A DNA stretch of 64,000 nucleotides from an uncultured Holophagaceae bacterium (lineage in GTDB: Bacteria > Acidobacteriota > Holophagae > Holophagales > Holophagaceae). Below, piece by piece: positions 19,601 to 28,465 of this stretch. Positions within the stretch are counted from its first letter, which is position 1; the number at the start of each line of letters is the position of its first letter. A program made the position numbers and the translations under genes. Below the pieces are notes generated by a model. The model saw only the letters and a list, made by a program, of their open reading frames with translations, was not told the DNA's origin and searched no databases. The DNA lies in contig CAIMQW010000277.1 in NCBI GenBank assembly GCA_903843705.1, positions 10,091-74,090 of the forward strand. Direction: 5' to 3'.

Positions 19601-19823
19601 TCTCGGACTACTGCCCATGCTCTTTGGCTTCGGGGGGTCGGAGCTGGAACGTCCGCTGGCCGTGGCCATGGTCGGGGGACTCGTGACCAGCACCCTTTTC
19701 ACACTGCTGGCCTTGCCAAGCTTCTACGCTTGGGTGGCAACAGTCACAGGCACGCTGTCACGCTTTGGGAACCGAACCAGAGACATCACCATCGATTCAC
19801 AGGATCATGGTTCCCATGGATAG
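16689..19823 (+). CDS. Heavy-metal efflux RND permease (CzcA/CusA family)
   Basis: DLFPD, LNAMTLGGLAIAVGLLVDAAVIMVEN, FLPALDEG, RVRPKLMT, PLAVAMVGGL. Confidence 0.93.
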   Translation: MGTEQTQHRSLVRRWFDWILPRRGWVFALSIVWAVAGVLAFFNLKRDLFPDMSLPVLSVLIQSPGRSTTELELSVAQPTEQALGGMPGVRRVTSQVLPELLQVVVTFESGTDPWRARQLVAERLGTVAGGFPAGTRPPLLSSASGRLQELMEVVLEGEKIDPLKLRDHAEQVLVPRLQAVAGVARVERLGGQERSLSIMLIPERMRTLGIGLDRVMTSLEESHQDLAAGVLEIQDKGWFITVGNLAATSEEIRRLPVQGPKGFVTLGEVAEVREAPAFRRGLARHDGHEDVSLRIVKQPTAASLEVAEGVRAAIGQLRQELPKGMLLEVIYDQGRLVTKALNGVTLALLLGGLLVAVVLVVLLGSLRGALLVLTVLPLATFGAAIPLYLAGLGLNAMTLGGLAIAVGLLVDAAVIMVENLAHRLHYHQDQIEPRRVALTRASAEVAGPILTAVLVILAVFIPLLSMGGVAGKLYAPLGVAVASAMTISLILSFTLVPALVDRFLPPGISLEEPKLVVAIKAVYRPALDWAMGHGPLVMGLAFAVTLPSIWLALRLGSNFLPALDEGAYMLLSKLPAESSLDAVDQANLQLDERLKVIPGVHAVYRRSGRAEVTEDPCPITDSEIMVILEPDAQEKMVAKQLLAVAEAMPFPVEVNTPMQERIAEGIGGTPADIQVKLFNRDLMALQKAIPELQERLEKVPGVRSVSPDTPAPMPRWRVVPDEEALRRLEVPRMLVSRTLRAALQGLPSEARYDGPQRIERVVHYPNDGQVSPQTLKNTPLVLDDGRVISLGQVVVFQEAQTPTLIRREGGQRRIGLNVRTDGDLGSTAQRIEAALSKAKLPGGTFVALGGKIEEARETQRRLWIAIAAAMALVVALLYLALKQWREVFVVLATLPNAFAGALFALWLSGETWNISSIVGLIGLFGVAVQNSLVLITQAKGLRATGIPFQEALREASLGRVRPKLMTAGAAILGLLPMLFGFGGSELERPLAVAMVGGLVTSTLFTLLALPSFYAWVATVTGTLSRFGNRTRDITIDSQDHGSHG

Positions 19824-19952
19824 GACCACACTCGACCTAGCGGAGGCCCATCAAACCGCAGCGCATGGAGACCACGCTCTGCCACGCCAGACTCTTCGCC
19901 GTTCAGACGCAACAAATAGGCTCGCGACCGGGCACACCCTCCTTGAGACACA

Positions 19953-20843
19953 ATGAACAGGTCTAGTTATTTCAATCAATTCAAAGAACTCTTGGACATG
20001 ATTAAGTTCGAGCACACCGTGTTTGCGCTGCCCTTCGCGCTGCTCGGCGCGCTGGGCGCGGCGCAGGGCCTGCCGCCCCTGCGCACGGGGCTTTGGATCC
20101 TGGCGGCCATGGTGGGGGCCCGCACGTCAGCCATGACCTTCAACCGCCTGGTGGACGTGGACCTGGATGCGGAGAACCCGCGCACTGCCACCCGTGCCCT
20201 CCCTGCGGGCCGGGTCTCGAGGCTGGGCGCCATGCTGCTCCTGGGTGCGGGCGTCGTGCTCTTCGGTCTCTCTGCGGGCGCCCTGGGTCCGCTCCCCTGG
20301 GCGCTCTCGCCGCTGGCCCTGGTCATCATCCTCGGATACTCCCTCTGCAAGCGCTTCACGGCTTGGGCCCATGTGGTACTTGGGCTGTCTCTCGCGGGCG
20401 CGCCGCTGGGCGCCTGGATCGCCGTGGCGGGCCACATCGAGGCTCCGGCCCTGTGGCTGTCCGGGGGCGTCCTGGCCTGGACCGCAGGGTTCGACATCAT
20501 CTATGCCCTGCAGGACGAGGGCTTCGACCGGGACCGCGGGCTCCATTCGATTCCCTCGAAGCTCGGGGTGCATCGGTCGCTGCTGCTCTCCCGGTTCTTC
20601 CACCTGGTGGCCCTCGCCTGCTGGGCCACCTTCAACCACCTAATGGGCGGACACCTCTGGCCCTGGGCAGCCTGGGCCACGGTGGTGGTCATGCTGGGTC
20701 GGGAGCAGTGGCTGGTGCGCAGCGGCGACCTCTCGCGCATCGACCAGGCCTTCTTCACCCTCAATAGCCTGGTGGGGCTCGTGTTCTTCTTGGGGCACGC
20801 CATGGAATTCGTGTTGGCCAGGACGCTTCAGGCCGGGATCTAG
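19953..20843 (+). CDS. UbiA-family polyprenyltransferase (MqnP-like)
   Basis: IKFEHTVFALPFA, FNRLVDVDLDAENPRT, GFDIIYALQD. Confidence 0.92.
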   Translation: MNRSSYFNQFKELLDMIKFEHTVFALPFALLGALGAAQGLPPLRTGLWILAAMVGARTSAMTFNRLVDVDLDAENPRTATRALPAGRVSRLGAMLLLGAGVVLFGLSAGALGPLPWALSPLALVIILGYSLCKRFTAWAHVVLGLSLAGAPLGAWIAVAGHIEAPALWLSGGVLAWTAGFDIIYALQDEGFDRDRGLHSIPSKLGVHRSLLLSRFFHLVALACWATFNHLMGGHLWPWAAWATVVVMLGREQWLVRSGDLSRIDQAFFTLNSLVGLVFFLGHAMEFVLARTLQAGI

Positions 20844-20901
20844 TTTTCGTCAAGACTTCAGCAATCGCCACTCCTGGACGTCCCAGGTATGCTGGAGGGC
20901 C

Positions 20902-21870
20902 ATGCCTACGCCCAAACCCGCCAGCCGCCGAGCCCTGCGTCTCAGCCGCCCTGATTCCATGCGCTGGCTCACAGTCATGGTCGTGTTCAGCCATCGCACC
21001 TTCCGCTGGTCCCTGACCCGCCGCAAGATGCTCTGGGCCATCGGTCTGGTGCTGGGCTTTTGGGCCCTGGCCATGATCGGCTCGGGCTACGGTTTCTGGG
21101 CGACCAAGAAGATCATGAGCTTCGGCCGCCTCCAGAAGGAGACCCAGGAGCAGCAGGATCAGCTGCGCTCTTCGCTGGATCAGGCCCAGGCCCTGGAGAA
21201 CGAGGTGACGGCCCTCCGCAAGCAGCACACGGAGCTCATGCGGCTGCTGGACCCCAAGGCTCCCGCCGGCTCGGCCCTGCCCGCCCCACCGGGCCAGCCC
21301 TCCTCGGCCCCGGTGCCCCCGGGCACCCAGGAGAAGCTCTCCCGGCTCCGCCAGGACCTCGACTACACCGCCAAGCAGGCTGCCGTGGTGCGGGCCCGCA
21401 TGGAACCTGTCATTCACGCCTGGTCCCACACGCCGTCGATCCCCCCCACCGCGGGCTACCTCAGCTCCGGCTTCGGCGTGCGCCTCAGCCCCTTCATGCG
21501 GAAGAACGAATCCGATGACGGCCTCCTCGGCTATCACTCAGGCATCGACATCAGCAACACCCTTGATACCCCCGTGCAGGTCACGGCGGACGGAGAGGTG
21601 GTGGAGGCCGGCTGGATGGACCGCTACGGCTGGGGCGCCCGGGTGCGCCACTCCGCAGAGCAGGAGACGCTCTACGCCCACCTGAACCACCTCAACGTGG
21701 TTCTGGGCCAGCGGCTCTCACGCGGTGACATTCTCGGGACCATGGGCCGCTCCGGCAACGCCACCGGTGTCCATCTGCACTACGAAGTCCGCCGGAACGG
21801 TCAGCCCGTGAATCCTCAGCCCTACCTCCGCCTCCAGCGCCAGTGGCTCCAGGCCATCCGCAAATCCTGA
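20902..21870 (+). CDS. M23 metallopeptidase with TM helix and coiled coil
   Basis: HSGID, TLYAHL, TGVHLHYEV. Confidence 0.92.
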   Translation: MPTPKPASRRALRLSRPDSMRWLTVMVVFSHRTFRWSLTRRKMLWAIGLVLGFWALAMIGSGYGFWATKKIMSFGRLQKETQEQQDQLRSSLDQAQALENEVTALRKQHTELMRLLDPKAPAGSALPAPPGQPSSAPVPPGTQEKLSRLRQDLDYTAKQAAVVRARMEPVIHAWSHTPSIPPTAGYLSSGFGVRLSPFMRKNESDDGLLGYHSGIDISNTLDTPVQVTADGEVVEAGWMDRYGWGARVRHSAEQETLYAHLNHLNVVLGQRLSRGDILGTMGRSGNATGVHLHYEVRRNGQPVNPQPYLRLQRQWLQAIRKS

Positions 21871-21885
21871 TCGAAGGAGTGCCCC

Positions 21886-22329
21886 ATGGGTTTCTTCAAC
21901 AGCAAGCCCAAGCCTGAACCGGCCCCCGCCATCCACTCCCTCCTCGGCAAGGACGTGCTCCTCCGAGGGGAGATCCACACCGGCGGCCGCAGCTTCCGCA
22001 TCGAGGGCACCGTGGAAGGCACCATCCACTCGGTCGGGGAGGTCTCCATCGCCCCCGGCGGACTGGTGACCGGCACCATCCTGGCCAAGCATCTGGTGGT
22101 CACTGGGCGCGCCATCGGCGTCATGAAGATCTCAGACTGCCTCGAGATCCACGGCACCGGATACGTGGAGGGTGAAGTCGAGGTCGGTTCCCTCGTGGTG
22201 GACGAAGGCGGCACCCTGCAGGGCGTCTGCGTGCGCCGGGACCGCTCCGGCGCCCACGAAGCCCTCGCCGCGGGCACACTGCCCAGTCTGGACACCAGCG
22301 GGATTGGAACGCCCGGCAAGCTTCTCTAA
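21886..22329 (+). CDS. Bactofilin (polymer-forming cytoskeletal protein)
   Basis: N-terminal MGFFNSK, RIEGTVEGTI, G..V.G beta-helix repeats, LVVDEGGTLQGVC. Confidence 0.88.
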   Translation: MGFFNSKPKPEPAPAIHSLLGKDVLLRGEIHTGGRSFRIEGTVEGTIHSVGEVSIAPGGLVTGTILAKHLVVTGRAIGVMKISDCLEIHGTGYVEGEVEVGSLVVDEGGTLQGVCVRRDRSGAHEALAAGTLPSLDTSGIGTPGKLL

Positions 22330-23339
22330 CGGAAGAGCGGGCCGGGATCAGTCTTGACGCCCAGGTAGGCGTAGGCCGCGTCCGTGGCCTTGCGGCCCTG
22401 GGGCGTGCGATCCAGGAAGCCCACCTGCATGAGGTAGGGCTCCACCAGGTCCTCCAGGGCGCCTTCGTCCTCACCCAGGGCCGCGGCCAGGGTGCGCAGG
22501 CCCACGGGTCCACCCCGGTGCTTGTGGCAGAGGGCATAGAGGTAGTCCCGGTCGAGGCCGTCCAGGCCCAGGTCGTCGACCTCGTGCAGCTTTAGGCAGG
22601 CCTCGGCGGACTCGATGGTGATGGTGCCGTCGCCCTTCACTTCGGCGTAGTCCCGGCAGCGCCGCAGCAGGCGGTTGCAGATGCGCGGCGTCCCGCGGCT
22701 GCGCCGGGCGATGGCCTCGGAACCCGACTCCGAGAGGTGGATGCCCAGCAGCTCCGCTGAGCGTCGGCCGATGATGGCCAGGTCCGACCGGGTGTAGAAC
22801 TCCAGCCGGTGGACCATGCCGAAGCGATCGTGGAGCGGCTTGGAGATCAGGCCGGCCCGGGTCGTGGCGCCCACCAGGGTGAAGGGCCGCAGGTCCACCT
22901 TCAGTGTCTGGGCGCTGGGACCCTGGCCGATGAGGATGTCCAGCTTCCGATCTTCCATGGCCGAGTAGAGCAGCTCCTCGATGGGCGCCGAGAGCCGGTG
23001 GATCTCGTCGATGAACAGGAACTCGCCCGCCTCCAGGTTGGTGAGGATGGCCGCGAGGTCACCTTTCTTCTCCAGGGCCGGAGCCTGGATCACCTTGCAG
23101 GGCGCGCCCATCTCGTTGGCGAGGACGTGGGCCAGGGTGGTCTTGCCCAATCCCGGAGGACCGAACAGAAGCACGTGGTCCAGCACCTCGCCCCGCTGGC
23201 TGGCGGCCTGGAGAGCGATCTCCAGCCGGGCCTTCACCTTGGCCTGGCCGATATATTCCTGAAGCCGCTGCGGCCTGAGGGAATATTCGGCGGGATCCTC
23301 GGTGTCGGTGGTGGGATCTAGGTCGGGGTGTCGGTGCAT
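22326..23339 (-). CDS. ruvB: Holliday junction branch migration helicase
   Basis: LRPQRL, GPPGLGKTTLA, LFIDEIHRL, FTLVGATTRAG, RGTPR. Confidence 0.97.
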   Translation of the reverse strand: MHRHPDLDPTTDTEDPAEYSLRPQRLQEYIGQAKVKARLEIALQAASQRGEVLDHVLLFGPPGLGKTTLAHVLANEMGAPCKVIQAPALEKKGDLAAILTNLEAGEFLFIDEIHRLSAPIEELLYSAMEDRKLDILIGQGPSAQTLKVDLRPFTLVGATTRAGLISKPLHDRFGMVHRLEFYTRSDLAIIGRRSAELLGIHLSESGSEAIARRSRGTPRICNRLLRRCRDYAEVKGDGTITIESAEACLKLHEVDDLGLDGLDRDYLYALCHKHRGGPVGLRTLAAALGEDEGALEDLVEPYLMQVGFLDRTPQGRKATDAAYAYLGVKTDPGPLFR

Positions 23340-23449
23340 GACTACTATTCCCGCACGGGACTTCCACTTGTGTCCAGCCAGTGGACGGATAATCTTGGTT
23401 CACGCCTGACAATCCCCGCCTCTGTATCTCTGTCCACCCGAGACCTGCT

Positions 23450-24976
23450 GTGCACCAGCGCTACCAGCTCCTGATTCGCGACCGCCACGGGTTCGAACGC
23501 ACCGTGCCGGTCTCCCGCTCCATCACCCTGGGGCGCCAGAGCCTCTGCGATGTGGTGCTCTCGGACAGCATGATCAGCCGCGCCCACCTCCGGCTCGACC
23601 TGCAAGGGGAGACCTGGTGGGCCGAGGACCTCGGCACGACCCACGGCAGCACCTGCGGCGACCAGCAGCTGGGCCGCATCGTCTGGACGCCCGGAACCCC
23701 GCTGCGTCTGGCTGACGGCGCCTATACCATCACCCTGCTCTGCTCGGATCAGAGCAGCTCGGAGCTGCACCTGCAGGCCATCCTGGAGACGGCCCAGCTC
23801 CTGGCGGAGGAAGTGGACCTGGAAGACCTCCTGGAACAGTCCCTGGACAAGCTGCTGGCCATCTCGGGCACGGACCGGGGCTTCCTGATGCTGCTCGAGG
23901 ACGGGGAGCTCACCCCCCGGGTGCAGCGGAACCTGGGCCAGGAGCTGGAAGGCAGCATCCACTTGTCCCTGTCCAGCGTCCGCAAGGTCTTCGAGACCGG
24001 CGAGCCCGTCTGGATCCTCAATGTCTCCGAGAACGACCTCCTGCAGAACCAGCACTCTATCCAGCGGCTCGAGCTGAAGACCATCCTCTGCCTGCCCCTG
24101 CTGCTCCAGGGACGGCGTCTGGGTGTGGTTTACCTCGACAGCCGGAGACCCATCACCGAGCCCCCTGACCGCGAGACCTTCGAGGCCATCGTGGCCCTCT
24201 GCGCCATTGCCATCGAACGGACCCGCCTCTCCGAAGAGAACCTGCGGAGCCACGTGCTGGCCACCGTTGGCCAGGTCGCGAGCTCCATCGTGCATGACTT
24301 CAAGAACGGCCTGTTTGTGCTGCGAGGCCACGCCGACCTGCTGGAGCTCTCCACGGAGGACCCAAAGGTCCGGCACCACTCTGGCAAGATCCTCCAGTGC
24401 GTGGACCGACTGACCCACCTCAGCCAGGACGTCCTCGACTTCGCCAAGGTCCGGGAGCCCCGCCGCGAGACCGTGGATCTCCGGTCCTTCCTTGACGCCA
24501 TCCTCGAACCCCTGGTCCCCCGGGCCGCAGAGATGGGCGTCAACCTCCACGCCGAAGGTCCTTCCTGTCTCGTAAAGCTGGATCCTGCCCGCTTCACCAG
24601 GGTCATGGAAAACCTCCTGGCCAACGCCCTCGACGCCACCCAGGACCTCAGTGGCGAAATCCTCGTCGCCTGGCTGCCGGTCAATGGGGGCATCCAGATC
24701 CACGTCAAGGATCAGGGGTGTGGCATGCCGCGCCGGATGATCAAGCGGATCTTCGAGCCCTTCTTCACCTACGGCAAGAAGAAGGGCACGGGCCTGGGTA
24801 TGGCCACCGTGAAGAAGATCGTGGACGAGCACGGCGGCAGCCTGGAGTTCTTGAGCGAGGAGGGATCGGGCACCGAGGTCATCCTCACACTGCCGGACCA
24901 TCCCATCACCGGCGTGAGCAAGACCCTTGAGGCGAGCACCGGCAAGAACCCCATCGTGCCCACGGAAACGCCATGA
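23450..24976 (+). CDS. FHA-GAF histidine kinase
   Basis: FHA (LGRQ..D..SRAH...EDLGTTHGS), GAF (GVVYLDSR), H-box VHDFKN, FEPFFT, GTGLGM. Confidence 0.88.
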   Translation: MHQRYQLLIRDRHGFERTVPVSRSITLGRQSLCDVVLSDSMISRAHLRLDLQGETWWAEDLGTTHGSTCGDQQLGRIVWTPGTPLRLADGAYTITLLCSDQSSSELHLQAILETAQLLAEEVDLEDLLEQSLDKLLAISGTDRGFLMLLEDGELTPRVQRNLGQELEGSIHLSLSSVRKVFETGEPVWILNVSENDLLQNQHSIQRLELKTILCLPLLLQGRRLGVVYLDSRRPITEPPDRETFEAIVALCAIAIERTRLSEENLRSHVLATVGQVASSIVHDFKNGLFVLRGHADLLELSTEDPKVRHHSGKILQCVDRLTHLSQDVLDFAKVREPRRETVDLRSFLDAILEPLVPRAAEMGVNLHAEGPSCLVKLDPARFTRVMENLLANALDATQDLSGEILVAWLPVNGGIQIHVKDQGCGMPRRMIKRIFEPFFTYGKKKGTGLGMATVKKIVDEHGGSLEFLSEEGSGTEVILTLPDHPITGVSKTLEASTGKNPIVPTETP

Positions 24977-25464
24977 CCGCCTTCCGGATTGGCCAGGGCT
25001 TTGACGTCCACCGGTTCGCCGCGCCCGAGGAGGGTCGCCCGCTGATGCTCATGGGCTGCGCCATCCCCCATGACCGCGGCCTCGCCGGGCACAGCGATGC
25101 GGACGTGATGCTCCATGCCCTCATGGATGCCCTGCTGGGTGCGGCCGGGCTCGGCGACATCGGTCTGCACTTCCCGGACACCGAACCGGCCTACAAGGGC
25201 GCCGACTCCGCGCACCTGCTGGAACAGGTCATGGGTGACCTGGCCGAGCGGGGCTGGCGCGTCGTCAACGCCGACGTCTGCTTGGTCGGGGAGCGCCCCA
25301 AGATCGGTCCCCACCGCCAGCAGATGCGCGACCGGGTGGCACCCCTGCTCGGCATCCCCGCCGACCTGCTCAACGTGAAGGCCACGACCACGGAGCTTCT
25401 GGGCTTCACCGGACGCGGCGAAGGCCTAGCCGCCCAGGCGGTGGTCCTCCTCCAGCGCACCTGA
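24973..25464 (+). CDS. ispF: 2-C-methyl-D-erythritol 2,4-cyclodiphosphate synthase
   Basis: [31 protein letters not shown]. Confidence 0.97.
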   Translation: MTAFRIGQGFDVHRFAAPEEGRPLMLMGCAIPHDRGLAGHSDADVMLHALMDALLGAAGLGDIGLHFPDTEPAYKGADSAHLLEQVMGDLAERGWRVVNADVCLVGERPKIGPHRQQMRDRVAPLLGIPADLLNVKATTTELLGFTGRGEGLAAQAVVLLQRT

Positions 25465-25526
25465 CCGCACAGGCGATGAGACCCGGCGGGCCTTCATCGC
25501 ATATGATGGGTGTTCCCGGAGGCTTC

Positions 25527-25952
25527 ATGAAGTTTCACCCCGCTGTTCCCGCCCTGGTGCTGCTGGCCGCCGCATCCTTCACTGCCTGCAGGAAGGTGCC
25601 GCTCACTCCCAGTTCCCCAATTCCCGCGGGCACGGTGGTCTTCCGATTCACCCGGGCCGTGCGGGGTCCCCTCGAACTCACGCTTGATGGCGCCCGCATC
25701 CCCGTCAAACAGTCCTCGAAGGAAGGTCGCAGCCTTCAGATCAGTGGGCTTTCCACCGGCAAGCACCGCTTCTTCCTCACGAGCCAGGCGGAGACCTTCA
25801 GCCCCGACTCCGGGGAACTGGATCTCCCCGCCGACCGGGGACTCTACCTGGTCTCGCTCACGCAGAAATTAGAGGCCGTGCTCTACGGCACGCCGGATCA
25901 GCTCCCTCCCGCGGAGGGCCTGCCCGGGGTCACCGCGCTGCTCATCAAGTAG
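25527..25952 (+). CDS. Hypothetical lipoprotein
   Basis: GGAGG RBS, lipobox FTAC, beta-rich body. Confidence 0.65.
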   Translation: MKFHPAVPALVLLAAASFTACRKVPLTPSSPIPAGTVVFRFTRAVRGPLELTLDGARIPVKQSSKEGRSLQISGLSTGKHRFFLTSQAETFSPDSGELDLPADRGLYLVSLTQKLEAVLYGTPDQLPPAEGLPGVTALLIK

Positions 25953-25954
25953 CC

Positions 25955-26248
25955 ATGGCGCGGTTGGCCCGGACGCACCAAGGCGACCGCGTCCTCTGCG
26001 GCGGAGAGACCCTCCTGGCCAGTTGCCTGGATGCAGGCATTCCCGTGGCCTCCGCCTGCTCCGGCCGGTGCGCCTGTGGCCGCTGCCTCGTCACCGTCCT
26101 TCGGGGTGCGGAGCACCTGGATCCCCGCACACCCCGCGAAACAGCCCTGCTCGACAAGCTGGAAGCCGGGCAGAACCAGCGCCTCGCCTGCCAGTGCCCG
26201 CTGCCCGCCGAAACCAACGATCTGCTCATCACGGCTGGCTACTGGTGA
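25955..26248 (+). CDS. 2Fe-2S ferredoxin
   Basis: ACSGRCACGRC ... RLACQC. Confidence 0.88.
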   Translation: MARLARTHQGDRVLCGGETLLASCLDAGIPVASACSGRCACGRCLVTVLRGAEHLDPRTPRETALLDKLEAGQNQRLACQCPLPAETNDLLITAGYW

Positions 26249-27225
26249 GGCGGTCCGGCTGGGTTGCCCTGGGCCTCGCCCCTCTCCTGGGCCTAGGGGC
26301 CTTCTGTGCCTGGAAGACCCGGGCGGTGGCCCAGGAGCTCATCGACCCGCCCTTCTACCGGGCTCAGCCCCTCGCCCGGGTGGAGGGCACCTACCAGGAG
26401 CTGGCCCAGGGCCAGGACGGTGACCCCGGCGGCACCTGGACCAGCGCAGAGGTCGAGGGCCTGCAGCTCTGGCGCTTCGCCCGACCCACCCCCTCCCCGG
26501 GCCTGGTCCTGCTGCTGCACGGCTTCGGGGATGACCGCTGGGGCACCAGCCCCGCCCTGAAGTGGTTCCCGGGGCTGGATGCCGCCATCTTCACCTACCG
26601 GCGCCGGGATGATGCCATGCGCCGGGGCGGCCCCGTGCCACCCGTGACCTTCGGGGCGCTGGAAGCCAAGGAGGTGGTCCGCATGGTCCACCACTTGGAA
26701 GCCACGGGGCTGCCCCGCCGGCGGATCCTCCTGCTGGGCCGCAGCCTGGGCGCCTCCGTGGGTCTGCTGGCCCTGGCCGACCTTGAGCGGGAGGGCCGGG
26801 GTCCCCTGGCCGGCATCATCTGGGAGGGCGCCCCCGCCAGCTCCCGCAGCTTCGCGGAGCGCCTGGTGCGGGGACCGGAGGATCGGGTCTGGCACGTCCT
26901 GGCCCCGCCCATCGGGGCCGCCGCCGCCCGCCTGGCCGGGCGCTGGGGCGGCTATGCCCCCGCTGCCACAGACCTTGTCCAGGGCCTGGCGGGGCTGCGC
27001 CTGACCACCCCCAGCCTCTGCTTCCTGGCCACCCAGGACCGGCTGGCCCCGCCGCAGGTCCAGCGGCAGCTGGCGGCCCAGTTCCAGAACAGCCGGGTGG
27101 TCGAGGTGAACACCTGGCACCTCCACTGCGCCGAAGTGCTGGGCCCGGGCTATACCGCCGCCATTCACGGCGCCGTGCAGGCCTGGTTTCCGGCGGGCAA
27201 GGACAAGGGCCCCGAAGGGCCCTGA
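26245..27225 (+). CDS. Alpha/beta hydrolase with N-terminal membrane anchor
   Basis: GTG start overlapping ferredoxin stop; LLHGFG, GRSLG nucleophile elbow, QD and WHLH. Confidence 0.8.
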   Translation: MRRSGWVALGLAPLLGLGAFCAWKTRAVAQELIDPPFYRAQPLARVEGTYQELAQGQDGDPGGTWTSAEVEGLQLWRFARPTPSPGLVLLLHGFGDDRWGTSPALKWFPGLDAAIFTYRRRDDAMRRGGPVPPVTFGALEAKEVVRMVHHLEATGLPRRRILLLGRSLGASVGLLALADLEREGRGPLAGIIWEGAPASSRSFAERLVRGPEDRVWHVLAPPIGAAAARLAGRWGGYAPAATDLVQGLAGLRLTTPSLCFLATQDRLAPPQVQRQLAAQFQNSRVVEVNTWHLHCAEVLGPGYTAAIHGAVQAWFPAGKDKGPEGP

Positions 27226-27247
27226 GTCCGGCACCCTCGTCGGGGTG

Positions 27248-27985
27248 TCAGTCGTCTTCGTTGGCGGAGACTGTGGCGCGCAGGAGCTTAGGAGCGATGC
27301 GCTGCACGATGGGCTCGAAGACCTTGTTCACTAGCTCCTCGTCGTAGGAGACTTCAGAGCCGCCCCCAGCCACCTTCACGCTGGTGTCATCCAGCTTGTC
27401 CTCGTCCTTCCATGCGCCCAGGATCTCGCCGGTCTCGACCTCGATGAGGCGGATGTCCAGGCGGCCCGTGAAGGAGGCCTTCTTGACGTTGACGCTGCCG
27501 GCCACGGCGCCGGCCATGCCGCTGCCGGTCACCTTGCCCACCAGGGCGCCCACGCCCCACCCTGAGCTGAAGCCGGCTTCCTTGTATGCAAAGCGGGTGA
27601 CCTTGCCGGTCATCACGTATTTCACGCCCAGCAGCTTGCCGATCTTCTGAACCGTGGCGGTGTCCACCTCGCCGCTCTGCTGGAAGTTCAGCTCGCCGCG
27701 GATTTCCTGGAGGCGCTCCCGCTCGATGACCCGAATCTTGTTCTTGCCCTTCTCCACGATCTCGGTGGTGAAGAGGTCTCGTAGCTGATTGGAGATGGTC
27801 CCCATCTGGTTGCCCCACCCGCCGTGGCGCCAGCCGTGCCAGGCATCCGGCGCGGCCTTGAAGTCCAGGATGGCGATACGGGGAAGCTTCGCCTTGTCTT
27901 CCTTGGAGAGCTTCTTCTGGGCCAAGGCAGGAACCGTGATCGCAAATACTGCGAGCAGCGACAGGAATACTTTCCGGAGGCGCAT
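27248..27985 (-). CDS. CsgG/HfaB-family exported protein
   Basis: Signal peptide, RIAILDF, VIERERL, KIGKLLGVKYVMTGKVT, DIRLIEVETGEI. Confidence 0.82.
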   Translation of the reverse strand: MRLRKVFLSLLAVFAITVPALAQKKLSKEDKAKLPRIAILDFKAAPDAWHGWRHGGWGNQMGTISNQLRDLFTTEIVEKGKNKIRVIERERLQEIRGELNFQQSGEVDTATVQKIGKLLGVKYVMTGKVTRFAYKEAGFSSGWGVGALVGKVTGSGMAGAVAGSVNVKKASFTGRLDIRLIEVETGEILGAWKDEDKLDDTSVKVAGGGSEVSYDEELVNKVFEPIVQRIAPKLLRATVSANEDD

Positions 27986-28025
27986 GGAGACTCCCTGGGT
28001 TGTGACAGATCCTGAGGACGCTCGA

Positions 28026-28322
28026 CTAGTCGTCGATGAGCTTGCTGCGCAGTTCCTTGCCCAGCTTGAAATAGACCACCCGCTTGGGGGGGACCTGGAT
28101 GCTCTCCCCGCTGCGCGGGTTGCGCCCCTGGCGGGCGCGGCGATCGCGAAGGCGGAAGCTGCCGAAGCCGCGCAACTCAACACCCTCGCCGGTCCGGAGA
28201 GATTCAATGATGCTCTCCAGGAACGTGTTCACCAGGACGTCCGCGTCCTTCTTGCCAAGCTCAAGCCGCTCCATAAGGTGACGGGAGAGGTCAGCCTTGG
28301 TGAGGGTCTCCATTGATTCCAT
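28026..28322 (-). CDS. HU/IHF-family DNA-binding protein (IHF beta-like)
   Basis: LTKADL, VELRGFGSF, GRNPRSGE, FKLGKELR. Confidence 0.93.
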   Translation of the reverse strand: MESMETLTKADLSRHLMERLELGKKDADVLVNTFLESIIESLRTGEGVELRGFGSFRLRDRRARQGRNPRSGESIQVPPKRVVYFKLGKELRSKLIDD

Positions 28323-28423
28323 GGGAACTCCGTAAGGGTTAAGCACTATGGATGCACGAGGGCAGTCCTCAATAAATCCCCCATCCGGGCCCATTGGTCA
28401 AGGGGGACATCTCCATCTATTTG

Positions 28424-28465
28424 AAAAAAAGAGTGTACCCCCCTCCCAAGGAAGGGGGTAGCCCT
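28424..28465 (-). terminator. Rho-independent terminator of pepA
   Basis: Minus-strand GC hairpin (TACCCCCT...GGGGGTA) followed by a T7 tract right after the pepA stop. Confidence 0.75.

Noticed and set aside
22326-23339. ruvB without adjacent ruvA/ruvC
   Set aside because: Split ruv loci are common and not informative alone.
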